From contig OZ249436.1 in NCBI GenBank assembly GCA_965235115.1, positions 36,644,001 through 36,708,000 on the forward strand: 64,000 nt of DNA. The letters run 5' to 3'. The first letter of the stretch is position 1, and each line of letters begins with the position of its first letter. This DNA is from Laetmonice hystrix. Its lineage: Eukaryota. Both the position numbers and the translations under genes were made by a program. The notes beneath the pieces are model-generated. The model did no database searches. It saw only the letters and a program-made list of their open reading frames with translations, and was not told where the DNA came from. Below are positions 62,997 to 64,000 of the stretch, piece after piece.

Positions 62997-63482
62997 GTAA
63001 TGATTAAATACATTATGTATCATTAAAAGTGAAGTAATACTCTGATGTTTAATGTAGAACATTCTAGATATTTATAATTTTAAGACCCGATGCAGTTTGT
63101 CTGCTTTCCATGAACTATATGTACTGGGGTACTTGCCACTTTACAAAAATATCTATCATTGCATGCTTTCCTTCATCGCTGAATACAGTCAGACCTCATT
63201 AATCCTTGCTTCTTTAATCCGTTTCCCTCACAGTCTGGACACACTTTCTGGTAACCTCTTCTACCATTTTCTATTTAAAGTGATTCAGTAATCAGTATGT
63301 TTTACAATCAAAACACGTTTTAATGGGCACCAAGCTGTTCGAATAAATGAGGCCTGACTGTATTTCATGATTAAATCTGTGTTAAATTTAGTTACAAGTG
63401 TTAATTATGATCATAAAGATGTTTGTATTGCTGTTGTGTTGCCTTTTCTCCTATTGAGTAACTTTTTTTTATTTATAATCAG

Positions 63483-63555
63483 ACAGTTGCAAACATTGAA
63501 GGATGCAGGAGAATGTACTAATTCAGAAGCTGCTGACCATATTGAATTGGAAAAT
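63483..63555 (+). CDS. STUB1: STUB1 exon 4; U-box exons lie beyond the window
   Basis: atcag|(R)QLQTLKDAGECTNSEAADHIELEN|gtaagt; phase matches exon 3. Confidence 0.8.
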
Positions 63556-64000
63556 GTAAGTTTGTCATCTCTCATAAACCGATACTCATACATGAAATTA
63601 TATTAGAGGTATTAAATTAGATTGTATCCCTTTCAAAAGTTGAATTTACACTTATAGTATTTATCTTAGATAGATTATGCATCAATTTCTAATGTTATGA
63701 CATGCAGGAGTGATCTTTGCATTTGTCTGAAACCTTCAATTTTACACTTTGTATTGAAGTAGAAGTGGTTTTTTTTTTATATATTATTTAACAAATTTCT
63801 AACCAGTTACCGGTACCATTAGATTAATAACTTTAATATAATAAACATGGTCTTAATTTACTTATAATTAAAGTTTTTCTTTGAAGGTAGAGGTTTAACT
63901 TTAAGTTGAAATGAACTTTATAAATAAATCACTTTGAATAGCTAAATGTTTTATACCTTTTGTAATGGCCTGTACATCAGATTTCCTGTTGCTTTTTTCT

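Overview
Eukaryotic (animal, probably lophotrochozoan invertebrate) genomic DNA with spliced genes and abundant transposon debris; no prokaryotic features. (1) 1-4698: a young tyrosine-recombinase retrotransposon (DIRS order, PAT-like) with identical split direct repeats A1...B1A2...B2, intact RT-RNaseH-MT and YR ORFs, and a frameshifted gag. (2) 15186-33604: the 3' half of a furin-type proprotein convertase. The exon carrying the last P-domain strand is duplicated (19232 and 22616), and each copy can read through to its own stop or splice in phase to a Cys-rich/TM/acidic-tail exon. (3) 37.6-47.2 kb: a degenerate BEL/Pao retrotransposon (minus strand) split by nested SINE/MITE/TTAA insertions and abutting a Ty3/Gypsy remnant. 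(4) 50841-54562: a C2H2 zinc-finger gene with one shared N-terminal exon and at least two alternative phase-0 terminal zinc-finger exons. (5) 58703 to window end: STUB1/CHIP exons 1-4. Many MITEs, mini- and microsatellites. All exon structures are read from splice signals and frame; none is transcript-verified.
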